Shown here: positions 1 to 9,027 of the stretch, piece after piece | Numbering within the stretch: the stretch's first letter is position 1 | Layout: each line of letters starts with the position of its first letter | IMG/VR virus record: IMGVR_UViG_3300035190_001334 | Location: 81,467 to 145,466 of that record | Source: a virus | Strand: one strand, 5' to 3' | DNA: 64,000 nt | Notes under the pieces: generated by a model | Databases searched by the model: none | Seen by the model: only the letters and a program-made list of their open reading frames with translations | Told to the model about the DNA's origin: nothing | Position numbers and translations under genes: made by a program

Positions 1-60
1 GCTGTTGACGAGATTTTCCTCTGGGGCGATTATCTTTCTGCTTTCTAAAGAAAGGGTCAT
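1..60 (-). CDS. 5' end of a gene running off the window (MTLSLESRKIIAPEENLVNS...), probably a head gene
   Basis: ATG at 60 on the minus strand, purine-rich sequence upstream, open to the window edge, directly downstream of the protease gene. Confidence 0.5.
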   Translation of the reverse strand, partial: MTLSLESRKIIAPEENLVNS

Positions 61-138
61 TCCCCCAGTTAGTTTCCCTCCCCTCCCTATTGTTAGGGGC
101 GTATTTCTGTTGTCTAGCCGCAAACTCAGCTTTCAAAC

Positions 139-1164
139 TTAACATCTAGCTGTACCTCGTACATACTTCTTGGTTGTGCCAATTGACAAGTTGAACTGAG
201 CCAACTTATTACTACCACGCTTATAAGTAGTTTGTTGCTGTAATTGTGGAATTGTCATGCCACTCTCAGCACCACCTTGCAATTGAGCCTGAGTTTGTGC
301 AGCTTGGTCTTGCTGAGTCATTACGCCAGCTTGTGCTTGCTGATTCATTTGTTGCATTAACTGAGTCAAACCGAGCAGTTCGATAATCTTGACACTGAAC
401 CCATTTAACTGAGAGTAAATCAATTGCAACAACACTTCTGGGCTATCAATGTTAATCGCATCGTTGTCATAAGCATTTTTGAGCAAGAGCCACAATTTCT
501 GGCAAATTTCGTTGTATTCGTCTTGAAGGTCGTCAATTGCTTGGTCATTAGCATCAAGCTCATCCCAAGTTACTGCGTTGCCACTATCTGGTATTCCAGA
601 GAAGTTAGCGGTCATTGCTTTGCCCACTTTTTTATGAAATAGTCCCATGTTAGGAATTGCAGGAATAGGTACAAGGCTGAGTTCCATGATGCGATGTTCG
701 TTAGGGTCAAGGTTAAGTCCCATGCTAACGCTCTTGACACCACTACGCAATGCTTCAATACCTTTAGCTGCTGCAACCTTTACGCCACTTAAGAACATCC
801 CAAGCTTGCCTACTAAATGCTTGGAATTTTGGTTTGGTAAATCTGCTTCCGTAATTACTTTTGTGAACGCTCGTCCTGAAATACTTCCAATAGTATTTGG
901 AATATCTTTTTTGTGGTCAGCACAAACAGGTACAACTGTGCCGCTATCGATAGCTCGGTTGGTATGCTCAACGATTGTATTGAGACGTTCGGGACTAAAT
1001 TCGTGTTCAACATCAGTACTATCGGTAAACTTGCCTTCAGTGGCTACAAGAGCCGTGTACTCGTCTTTAATAGGAGTGCCAGAAACCAACACCTGCCCCA
1101 ACTCAAAGTTGGCTCTTGATGCTGGGGCTTTAAAATAAGCGATATTAGGTGAGGTTTTTTTCAT
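139..1164 (-). CDS. Prohead maturation protease (Mu gpI-like)
   Basis: ADH (catalytic His) and VSMGL...ELSLVPIPAIPNM motifs typical of Mu-like/HK97-clan prohead proteases; head-gene context. Confidence 0.7.
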   Translation of the reverse strand: MKKTSPNIAYFKAPASRANFELGQVLVSGTPIKDEYTALVATEGKFTDSTDVEHEFSPERLNTIVEHTNRAIDSGTVVPVCADHKKDIPNTIGSISGRAFTKVITEADLPNQNSKHLVGKLGMFLSGVKVAAAKGIEALRSGVKSVSMGLNLDPNEHRIMELSLVPIPAIPNMGLFHKKVGKAMTANFSGIPDSGNAVTWDELDANDQAIDDLQDEYNEICQKLWLLLKNAYDNDAINIDSPEVLLQLIYSQLNGFSVKIIELLGLTQLMQQMNQQAQAGVMTQQDQAAQTQAQLQGGAESGMTIPQLQQQTTYKRGSNKLAQFNLSIGTTKKYVRGTARC

Positions 1165-1208
1165 TGTTAGCTAATGCGCTATCATAACTATATAGATACA
1201 ATCTTAAC

Positions 1209-1448
1209 ATGAACGACAAGTCACTCTTTAACCAGCAAGTCGGGGATAAGCTACGCCGCCTTCGTAAAGCCAAGAACAAATCTCAGGCTAGTGTCGCCGC
1301 AGATTTCTCTTTTGGGCAAGATGTTGTTAGTGAGATTGAACGTGGGGTAAAAACAATCAGTGCATTTGAGTTGGCAGCTTTTAGCGCGTATTACGAGAAG
1401 CCTATCGTGTATTTTTACATGAACTCGCCTCTACCCTCTAAGAAATAA
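1209..1448 (+). CDS. XRE/Cro-C1 family HTH regulator
   Basis: VGDKLRRLRKAKNKSQ..VA......VSEIERG pattern. Confidence 0.85.
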   Translation: MNDKSLFNQQVGDKLRRLRKAKNKSQASVAADFSFGQDVVSEIERGVKTISAFELAAFSAYYEKPIVYFYMNSPLPSKK

Positions 1449-3030
1449 TACTGACACTTCGAGCTACCTTATTTACAATATTCTTTTCTGCCCCAACAAA
1501 ATTGAGTGCTTCAAGTCCTGATTCTACTATGCGGGGTAAGTTGGCTGCATCTGGTACGGGCAATCGAGGTGTTGTAAACGTCGAGTAAATAGCTTTGGCT
1601 GTGGCATTGCCTAGTGATTTGTTAGATGCTAGTAGTGCAAGTCCAGCGACGAATGCAGTAGCAGCGATAGCAATCTTAATTGGTGTACCTAAGCCGCCTT
1701 GTGGTGGACGATTTGGAGGTTGTTTTTTAGGGTCAAAATCTTCTTCGTCAATGTCTTCCGAGAGCGAGTAATAACACATACAACTACAATGGAAAGGTAT
1801 AGAAGGTTTGCTGTGATTCCGCCACACGGTAGGGTTTCCGCGTTTGTAGTTAATAACATCCCCTCCGCTTCTTTGATTCTCTATTATCTCGAACAAGTAG
1901 TATTCAAGACCATCTTGAAGTTCACAATCTTCACATGGTACTGGGTCAGTTCTCTTACTTCCACTTGCTAATCTCTTGTACCTACTAATCAGTGCGTATT
2001 CCCTATCAACATTCCATCTAAAGCGTTTGTATCTATCAGCTTTACCTCCAAATGCCGCTACCTTCCCGAAGTTGTATGCAATTGCCAACTCGGTCTTCAC
2101 AATTACATCTGGCGACTGTTGCTTAAACGCGCCTTGCAAGCCTTGCTGGTCTTTGTTGATAATGTTCCTAATCCTTACTTTGAGAAGGTTAAGGTCGTAT
2201 TCGTACTTGTTACGTTGAGATTTGATGTTAGTGATGTACTCTCGATTATCAGCTAAGAATAATGCAACAGCCTTACGAATTTGCTTGTTACTTTCGGCTG
2301 AGTATGATGTTTGCAATACTCGACGACGCTTACCTAAGTAGTTACTTGATATGAAGTTCTGTTTCTCGTCGTTATTACCATATAAGAAGTTCATCATGGC
2401 AGCTTTACCTGCATTAGTGCTGTCACTAATCTTGTTGAGCATATAGACATTACGAGAGACTTCATCAGCTATCTTGACACGCTCTTGTATCTTGGCAACA
2501 TCGTTAATATTCGTTTGTTCAGCACGTTGATTAAGAAGGTTGTTAACTGCATTGCGGGTCAAACTATACCTAATCTTATTTTTGTTCTCTGCCTCGTAAC
2601 TCTTTGGTGCTGCGGCAAACTCTACCGACAGTTCCTTGGTGTCTTCTGTTATTACTTGCGTGTCGAAGTATTTACGAATATCATCATCGCCATACTCGTA
2701 CAAATAGTCGTACATCTGATGTCTCAGCGCCAATTTAATCATTGACTCGAAGTTAGTAGTCAGAACTTTACCGAACTCGACCTGCACCTTAGCAAAATAC
2801 TTGTTAGTGATATCACTCACATTCTTTTCTGCAAACTTGTCGAAGATGGTGCTTGGTACTTCATAGATGCTGGTATTCGATTTGGCAATCCACTTAGCTA
2901 GTTCATCGACAAAGGTGTTCTTAGCAAAGTCACTGTTGATTGCTCTGCGAACTTGCAGAACTGACTCAGCCAACGCTTTGAAATATTCTTGCGTCTTGAA
3001 CTCTTTGAAGCTATTGGACTGTTTTCGCAT
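1438..3030 (-). CDS. Head morphogenesis/minor capsid protein (Mu gpF/SPP1 gp7-like domain)
   Basis: IVKTELAIAYNFG ... CEDC ... PFHCSCMC motifs. Confidence 0.7.
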   Translation of the reverse strand: MRKQSNSFKEFKTQEYFKALAESVLQVRRAINSDFAKNTFVDELAKWIAKSNTSIYEVPSTIFDKFAEKNVSDITNKYFAKVQVEFGKVLTTNFESMIKLALRHQMYDYLYEYGDDDIRKYFDTQVITEDTKELSVEFAAAPKSYEAENKNKIRYSLTRNAVNNLLNQRAEQTNINDVAKIQERVKIADEVSRNVYMLNKISDSTNAGKAAMMNFLYGNNDEKQNFISSNYLGKRRRVLQTSYSAESNKQIRKAVALFLADNREYITNIKSQRNKYEYDLNLLKVRIRNIINKDQQGLQGAFKQQSPDVIVKTELAIAYNFGKVAAFGGKADRYKRFRWNVDREYALISRYKRLASGSKRTDPVPCEDCELQDGLEYYLFEIIENQRSGGDVINYKRGNPTVWRNHSKPSIPFHCSCMCYYSLSEDIDEEDFDPKKQPPNRPPQGGLGTPIKIAIAATAFVAGLALLASNKSLGNATAKAIYSTFTTPRLPVPDAANLPRIVESGLEALNFVGAEKNIVNKVARSVSIIS

Positions 3031-3068
3031 CGTGGTAGACTTGGAATTGATATGTATATTACTTCATT

Positions 3069-3626
3069 ATGACACAACTTACACCCGAACCTTACGTCGA
3101 TACCGTAAGGAAGCAGAAAGAGAAAGACCTTATCAATGTGACTAAAAAGACGCGCAAGCACATACCAGCTTACGTTTTCCAAGCTCATGCCAATTTACTT
3201 GAGCGATTTCCAGACTCAGGACATTTTCTAACTCCAGCATTTGTCTACCAAACACTTCGCGAAATTACCAAGGCAGCTAAGGCTCAACTATGTGCTGATG
3301 AAACTTCGACCATTGACATTTTTGGTTTGGGCAAATTAGTACTACTCCGCAAGAAAGCATACAGGAGCGAAGACAAGACCAAGCAGCAACTATATTTGAA
3401 GTTCAGGCACTCCAATGTCTTCTTGTATGAAATTCGCAGACATCACGGTACAGCTACACCAGCCGAACTCAAGATGCTGGAAAAGTCTGACAACTATATG
3501 AAGGAATTGCAAGCCAAACGGGAGAAATTTTTACGCGAACGAGAAATGAAGAGGAAGGGTGAACTGGATGAACTTGACCCAAGCAATTATTTGAGTCAAT
3601 TTTCAGGTGTTCTTGACCTTAATTAG
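3069..3626 (+). CDS. HU/IHF-like DNA-binding protein (divergent)
   Basis: IDIFGLGKLVLLRKKAYR...LKFRHS resembles the HU beta-arm signature. Confidence 0.5.
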   Translation: MTQLTPEPYVDTVRKQKEKDLINVTKKTRKHIPAYVFQAHANLLERFPDSGHFLTPAFVYQTLREITKAAKAQLCADETSTIDIFGLGKLVLLRKKAYRSEDKTKQQLYLKFRHSNVFLYEIRRHHGTATPAELKMLEKSDNYMKELQAKREKFLREREMKRKGELDELDPSNYLSQFSGVLDLN

Positions 3627-6600
3627 ATTGCATAAGCACTACTAGGTGGTGCAAAGCTTGCACCGTTGTAAAGCGAGATTCTTCGATACACCACAAAAGA
3701 ATCCAAGTTGATGTTCAAGCCGCTTGTAGTTATTGCAGTGGCTTGTCCTATTTGTGCAGGTGTATTCCAGTCACGGTACTCGTAGTCATCAGCAGCTTCG
3801 TATACTCGAACTCCACCAACATACAACCTTAGTATTCCATTTTGTCTTGTCAGAGCAATGTGGTTGAATACAGTCGAGGATAGGGACAAAGCTACAGAAA
3901 AGAGAGCAAGCCCAAGTATTAGAGAGCGCCCTAAGTATAATCGGTCGGCAGAAAAGAACAGTGAGAGTCCTTGTTGTGTGTAGATGTTAACCACCTCACC
4001 ATTGGTAGCTTGGTCAGTAAGCAGCCAACCCGCAATTGTAAAATCGCCCGACAGAAAAGAGAAGTCTGAGTCATTTGGTATTTGCACATAAGCTGGTACA
4101 CTGTTTTTGGAAATAGGAAAGCTAGCGGCTCCGAACTTTTTGGTAACGGTGTCAAGTACCGAGATGTTGCTGGTCAAGGTCTTGGAGCGATAACTTTGGT
4201 CAATAATACTGCTATCGAAGTTCAGTAACGTAACTATTTTAGCTGGCTGGTAGTAGTCGCGAATGCTTCGCTCGATGGCAGAAAAAGAAGTTGGACTAAT
4301 CTTGTAGTCCACAATACAAAACATGGCTACACTGCCTTTTACACTCCTGTCCTCGAACACCCTGTCCTTAGCAATGGAATTGATGGTAACTAGGTCAGTT
4401 GAGTTGAAAATGACTACGCTTAACGATTCTTCAGGTAGCACATAATCACGCTCTCTTTCTGCCCCGTTCGCCCAAACGTCCCCGTAGAAGTCATTTGCCA
4501 GTAATTCTCCATTGTTCCCAGAATTGAAAATGTTGTTGCTATCCTGACCAAATAAGAAAGCTGCACCAGTTTGCCCTGCTTTGCGAATGTAAGCCATGAC
4601 GAAGCAGTAACCACTACTTGTGCTGGGAGTGCCGAAGTCGAGGTGCGAAGAGCCATCTATCTCAAATCGAGCCGCAGGTAGTCCATCGAGTTGAGTTGGT
4701 GTTGTGTAATTCACTGCGTTCGTCGATATTAATTCCTGACCATTTGTGCGATACTCATCAAGTTGAAGTATGTTGCCGCTTGATAGTGTAACGGTTTCAG
4801 GTGTGACGATGAAAAATGAACTGAAGGTATTAAGCAGTCCTTTCAAGTTGATGTAAAGCTGATTAGTAAGTAAAGTGATGCTGACGTTAAAACTGAAAGT
4901 GACAGACTCGGTAGCTGTGTAGGTTCGGATGGTGAAACTGATAAAATCGTCGGTCGGGCAAGTGAATGTAAGGTCGTTGCCAGTTATTGTTGCCGAGTAG
5001 TGGTTGACCAGTATTTCATAGCTGACTGCATTACCAGCAATTTCAGTGACCTTTTTGTCGAGGTTAACAATAACGTCAGAGCTATACCTGAACTCAGTTG
5101 AAGTGTTAAACAACAGTAAAGTAGAATCAAAAAACTTGTTGGCTAGTAAGTGTGTAGCTTCTGCAAGTTCAGCTTCGCTCAATGCAACAGACCAGCCAAT
5201 GAAATACAGTAGTTCCCCTTTCAGTTGAGAAGAGAATCCACTAAAGCCTATTGAAGAAGTTGCATTAGTAGCCGCGATGATTGCGCCGTAGTCTATGGGT
5301 TGGCGATAATTAAAAGTATTGACCCCAACTTTGTTGACTTTTGTGTTCAACTGCGTTATAGCTGTAGTTCCAAACACATCATCACTGGTTCCTGTAGTCC
5401 AAAGAACACCATTGGCAAATATATCTGGAAAGCCGTTAGCCATGAAGCGTTCACCAGTTTGTTTCTGCTTATATACCCAAATGAAGGTTTTGCAATTGAC
5501 TGAAGTGCCTGAGAGTGAACGAGGATTGAGAGAACTATTGGTGATGAAGGAAGAGGTCGTACCGTTGTAAGTTATTTGGTTGACCGAATCGGCTGTGCTG
5601 GTGACGTACAGAGGCTTATCAGGTAATCGGCGTGAGTCTTCCCATTTAGTTATGTTGCCAAAATTATCGGTGTAAATTCCGTAAGGTATGTCATCTACAT
5701 CTTTTAACGTGGAAAGTGATACCGCTATGTTTGATTGTTGTGGTAAGTCAAGAATAAAGGGGTCTGCTATTACAGTTTCTAGTGAAAAACTAAAATAAGA
5801 CACCATACTATTGCTGTTAGTGATGCTGATGCTAAAACTACCATCAAAAACTTCAGGTATATAACCTGATAAAACTGAACCTGTGAAGCTTAGTCCTAAG
5901 CCACTTGGAGATATATAGCTGTACGAAGTGATATCAAAAAATTCGTCAATTGCAATAGTCGCAAAGTCAAAGCTAAAATAAGCCCCAACAAATGCTCTAA
6001 ATGAAGGTTGAGATGAAATAACTACACCATTGTAAGCAATATATATTTGAGCTAACTTAGCTTCTACTGATGCCAATATATCTAACGGGCAAGGTGATGA
6101 TGATGTGATGATTGCAGCTATTTTTCCACGAACACTGAAGTTGCTAGTCCCATTTTTACCCCCAAAACCTGTAATAGTTTCATACTCGTTGCTATTGGAT
6201 ATGTTGGTGACACTTAAAATTCTTGAGGTGTTAAGGGGAACGAACGTTGTTGGTGCTACTGCTCGACTATTTATTCTTGATGTGGCATTGTAAATAGAGT
6301 TGCCAGCTAAAGGCTGCTCTGACCAAAGCGAAGCGCCACCAGAAGGAAAAGCATCATAAAGAAAAGGTGGGTCGCCTAGTGTTTGACGAGGGGCATATAT
6401 TAGAAAACTACCTGACTCCCTTGTAAGGTAAACGAGAATAATTGTACCTACATTGATAGGTCTGTTGAAAAATAGTTGTTGATTACCAGTATCTGAGAAG
6501 TTTATGCTTGGCTGATTATTAAACTGGCTATCATTAGGTATTAATGTAGGTCTATTGCTTGTAGCTTGTAGATAGTTACCATCGAAAAGCAAGTTGTAAA

Positions 6601-6775
6601 TGGTTTGGACTTGATTGTTGTCTCCAGTAGTACCTATCTTCGAGAACTCTAGATATTCTGGGTCACATAAATACAGACCATTCAAATCTGGTATTAACTT
6701 TGCAACGTCATAAACCTGACTAGTATATGAGTAACCACCAGAAAAAGAATGATTAAATGCTGCCGATAATTTCAT
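3623..6775 (-). CDS. Large virion/tail protein with repeated LamG (concanavalin A-like) modules and Ig-like linkers
   Basis: C-terminal GDFTIAGW...FNHIALTRQNGILRLYVGG LamG motif; three internally similar beta-rich modules. Confidence 0.7.
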   Translation of the reverse strand: MKLSAAFNHSFSGGYSYTSQVYDVAKLIPDLNGLYLCDPEYLEFSKIGTTGDNNQVQTIYNLLFDGNYLQATSNRPTLIPNDSQFNNQPSINFSDTGNQQLFFNRPINVGTIILVYLTRESGSFLIYAPRQTLGDPPFLYDAFPSGGASLWSEQPLAGNSIYNATSRINSRAVAPTTFVPLNTSRILSVTNISNSNEYETITGFGGKNGTSNFSVRGKIAAIITSSSPCPLDILASVEAKLAQIYIAYNGVVISSQPSFRAFVGAYFSFDFATIAIDEFFDITSYSYISPSGLGLSFTGSVLSGYIPEVFDGSFSISITNSNSMVSYFSFSLETVIADPFILDLPQQSNIAVSLSTLKDVDDIPYGIYTDNFGNITKWEDSRRLPDKPLYVTSTADSVNQITYNGTTSSFITNSSLNPRSLSGTSVNCKTFIWVYKQKQTGERFMANGFPDIFANGVLWTTGTSDDVFGTTAITQLNTKVNKVGVNTFNYRQPIDYGAIIAATNATSSIGFSGFSSQLKGELLYFIGWSVALSEAELAEATHLLANKFFDSTLLLFNTSTEFRYSSDVIVNLDKKVTEIAGNAVSYEILVNHYSATITGNDLTFTCPTDDFISFTIRTYTATESVTFSFNVSITLLTNQLYINLKGLLNTFSSFFIVTPETVTLSSGNILQLDEYRTNGQELISTNAVNYTTPTQLDGLPAARFEIDGSSHLDFGTPSTSSGYCFVMAYIRKAGQTGAAFLFGQDSNNIFNSGNNGELLANDFYGDVWANGAERERDYVLPEESLSVVIFNSTDLVTINSIAKDRVFEDRSVKGSVAMFCIVDYKISPTSFSAIERSIRDYYQPAKIVTLLNFDSSIIDQSYRSKTLTSNISVLDTVTKKFGAASFPISKNSVPAYVQIPNDSDFSFLSGDFTIAGWLLTDQATNGEVVNIYTQQGLSLFFSADRLYLGRSLILGLALFSVALSLSSTVFNHIALTRQNGILRLYVGGVRVYEAADDYEYRDWNTPAQIGQATAITTSGLNINLDSFVVYRRISLYNGASFAPPSSAYAI

Positions 6776-7280
6776 CGAGCTTCACTTTGGTATAGGCTAT
6801 GAGGAGATTAGCCACAATATTTTTTGAGTTAGGGAATTGCAAGTCCTTCCATGTCTGCAAGAATAGCAACCACCCCCCGTCTTTGGTCACGTAATTCTTT
6901 ATTGTATCAAGCTCTGCTTCACTTAGAGGTACAGTTGTTTTGGTCTTAGTAGCTACTAACTGAGGTAAGGGAGGAAGTACGGCACAGTCAGGACAATCAC
7001 GCACTACTGACCGCCAAGCCTCGACTGCATCTTTTGTTGCTTTTGTAAGATGTTTCGCGCTACTTACCCAGTCCACACTTGCCAATACTTCTTTTCTGCG
7101 CTCTTGGCTTACACCTATTTGTTGTGGTGCAATTTCTTCAGGTGCAGGAGTAAACCCATACAAAGATAAGGTGTCGTCATCAATATAGGACGGCTCTACT
7201 ACCGTACCCAATTCGTTGAGCAGCAATAATATGGCTCTAGCACGATTTATTAATTGACCTTCCTTGTTTCTGTACAGCAT
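6753..7280 (-). CDS. Tail fibre assembly chaperone-like protein
   Basis: LASVDW...AWRSVVRDCP resembles the L..SDW...YRQALRDLP chaperone motif; adjacent to fibre genes. Confidence 0.5.
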   Translation of the reverse strand: MLYRNKEGQLINRARAILLLLNELGTVVEPSYIDDDTLSLYGFTPAPEEIAPQQIGVSQERRKEVLASVDWVSSAKHLTKATKDAVEAWRSVVRDCPDCAVLPPLPQLVATKTKTTVPLSEAELDTIKNYVTKDGGWLLFLQTWKDLQFPNSKNIVANLLIAYTKVKLDEIIGSI

Positions 7281-7286
7281 TGGTGG

Positions 7287-8042
7287 CTACAAACCTAATT
7301 TTTTCTTTATCCAGTGTACCACTTTAGTCGTCCTAGAAGTGCCTCTGTCGTATATAAGGCTGTTTACTCGCATCACTTTTTGATAAGCCGAGTTTGTAAC
7401 AGAGGAACTCCAACCAACTTCCCCTCCTCTAGATACTTCACATTTTTCAGGGCTGTCGTATTGAATGAAAATAGCTCCATAAGGGTCGGTGAGAACGTCA
7501 TCTTGAAGCAACATCACATACTGACCAAACATATAGCAATTAATTAAGAATCTGCGTTGCTGGATAGATATAGTTGGCAAATCTCTATTAATGTGAATAA
7601 AAGTTTTGTGAGCGCCAAGCGTTTTTAAAAATTCATAGTCATTAGAACTGAAAACGGAAATTGTATCTAAGTCTTTTGTTTTATGAAGCACAGACTCTAC
7701 GCCAAATCTAGTAGCTTCTGCAAGAGTTGAAATTCTGCGCCAATGGTAAAGGGTATTCTGTTTACCGTTGTGGAAGCCTGTAATGAGTACTCTATCGGCT
7801 TGAGTCAATTCACGTAACTCTACCGCTATATCGTCAAGATTTTCAAGTAACTGCAAATCCGCCCCACGTAAAAGGTCTATAGCAAATCCCACTGGTTTAG
7901 ACTTAAGGATAAGCACCAAATTCGTGATAAAAATGAGGGTCAGCAATAGCGGTGTAGATTGTGGAGGAAGAGTCACAGGATACCCGAATATATCTAAAGA
8001 GGGATTCTCAGTTTGCTGACCCTCATATTGCTTAAGTCCCAT
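7287..8042 (-). CDS. Single-TM protein with GAF-like domain (holin candidate)
   Basis: N-terminal hydrophobic helix LLLTLIFITNLVLIL, then LRELTQADRVLITGFHNG (GAF-like). Confidence 0.45.
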   Translation of the reverse strand: MGLKQYEGQQTENPSLDIFGYPVTLPPQSTPLLLTLIFITNLVLILKSKPVGFAIDLLRGADLQLLENLDDIAVELRELTQADRVLITGFHNGKQNTLYHWRRISTLAEATRFGVESVLHKTKDLDTISVFSSNDYEFLKTLGAHKTFIHINRDLPTISIQQRRFLINCYMFGQYVMLLQDDVLTDPYGAIFIQYDSPEKCEVSRGGEVGWSSSVTNSAYQKVMRVNSLIYDRGTSRTTKVVHWIKKKLGL

Positions 8043-9027
8043 TAGAAAATGACCCCATATTACGATTTTTGTGTAAAATAACTACTTTTATCTTAACATC
8101 ATCCTTATATATCAGTAAGGTGTAGGTATTCTCTGGTTTGCTTATCTTAGGTAAATATCCGTTCTCAAATCTTATATCTGCATCTGCTTTGAAACTTACA
8201 ATACCAGTAAAATTACTTAGATTGAGAGTGAAAAACTTAAGGTGGTTGTTATTAATAACTAGTTGTATGTTCAGTACCTTCACTCCGTTGGTGCAGACTA
8301 CGTTAGTTTCGGAATGTTGGATAGTGTCAATAATGAGACTTGATAGTGGCTGTGTTGCTGATATGTTTTGGCAGTTATATATTAGATTATTAAGTGATTT
8401 TCCATTGCAGTTAAGCGCACCTCCAAGTACAGGCGACCTATCCCACCTAATACTTAATGGAAGCACTTTTTTAGTGTTACCAAAACCCCCTTGATTAGTT
8501 GGAGCAAAATTAGATACTAGGCAAGCATAAGGTATCGGAGCTAACTCATACTCTATATCATCAAATTTACTTAGTGCTGAAGCTTCAGGGGCATAGTACC
8601 ACTCTTCGTTTGAGGCATTATAAGTTAGTGCATATTTGTTTCGCGCTACCGTATCAACTACATCACTCAGTTGTTTTATCTGATATTCTTTTCTGACCGT
8701 GTTAATCACTTGCCCCAAAGAGTTAACTGCCAAGTAAGTGTCAGCACCACCTATTACTACACCTGAAATATCTCTTAAGTAGATGTTAGGTACGGTTGTC
8801 GTTAGTTGCCCTTTGTAAAAACGAAGGATAGCTCCATCAGAGTATGTATAGTACTTAATAAAGTCTTTAAGGTTGCGTTTGCTATTACCTACAATTGCTA
8901 CACTATTTTTATATGTCTTTGTGGTTATGTTTTTAGACATAAATCCTAAAAGCAAAGTGCCTACAGGAATCAGATTGTAGTCAGCAGTATTTTCATTTAC
9001 TGTATGTGGAAATATGCTAACGCTCAT
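8032..9027 (-). CDS. Tail fibre-like protein (partial paralog of 9024-10865)
   Basis: IKQLSDV...LTYNASNEEW repeat and DRSPVLGGALNCNG motif shared with the neighbouring fibre. Confidence 0.6.
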   Translation of the reverse strand: MSVSIFPHTVNENTADYNLIPVGTLLLGFMSKNITTKTYKNSVAIVGNSKRNLKDFIKYYTYSDGAILRFYKGQLTTTVPNIYLRDISGVVIGGADTYLAVNSLGQVINTVRKEYQIKQLSDVVDTVARNKYALTYNASNEEWYYAPEASALSKFDDIEYELAPIPYACLVSNFAPTNQGGFGNTKKVLPLSIRWDRSPVLGGALNCNGKSLNNLIYNCQNISATQPLSSLIIDTIQHSETNVVCTNGVKVLNIQLVINNNHLKFFTLNLSNFTGIVSFKADADIRFENGYLPKISKPENTYTLLIYKDDVKIKVVILHKNRNMGSFSNGT

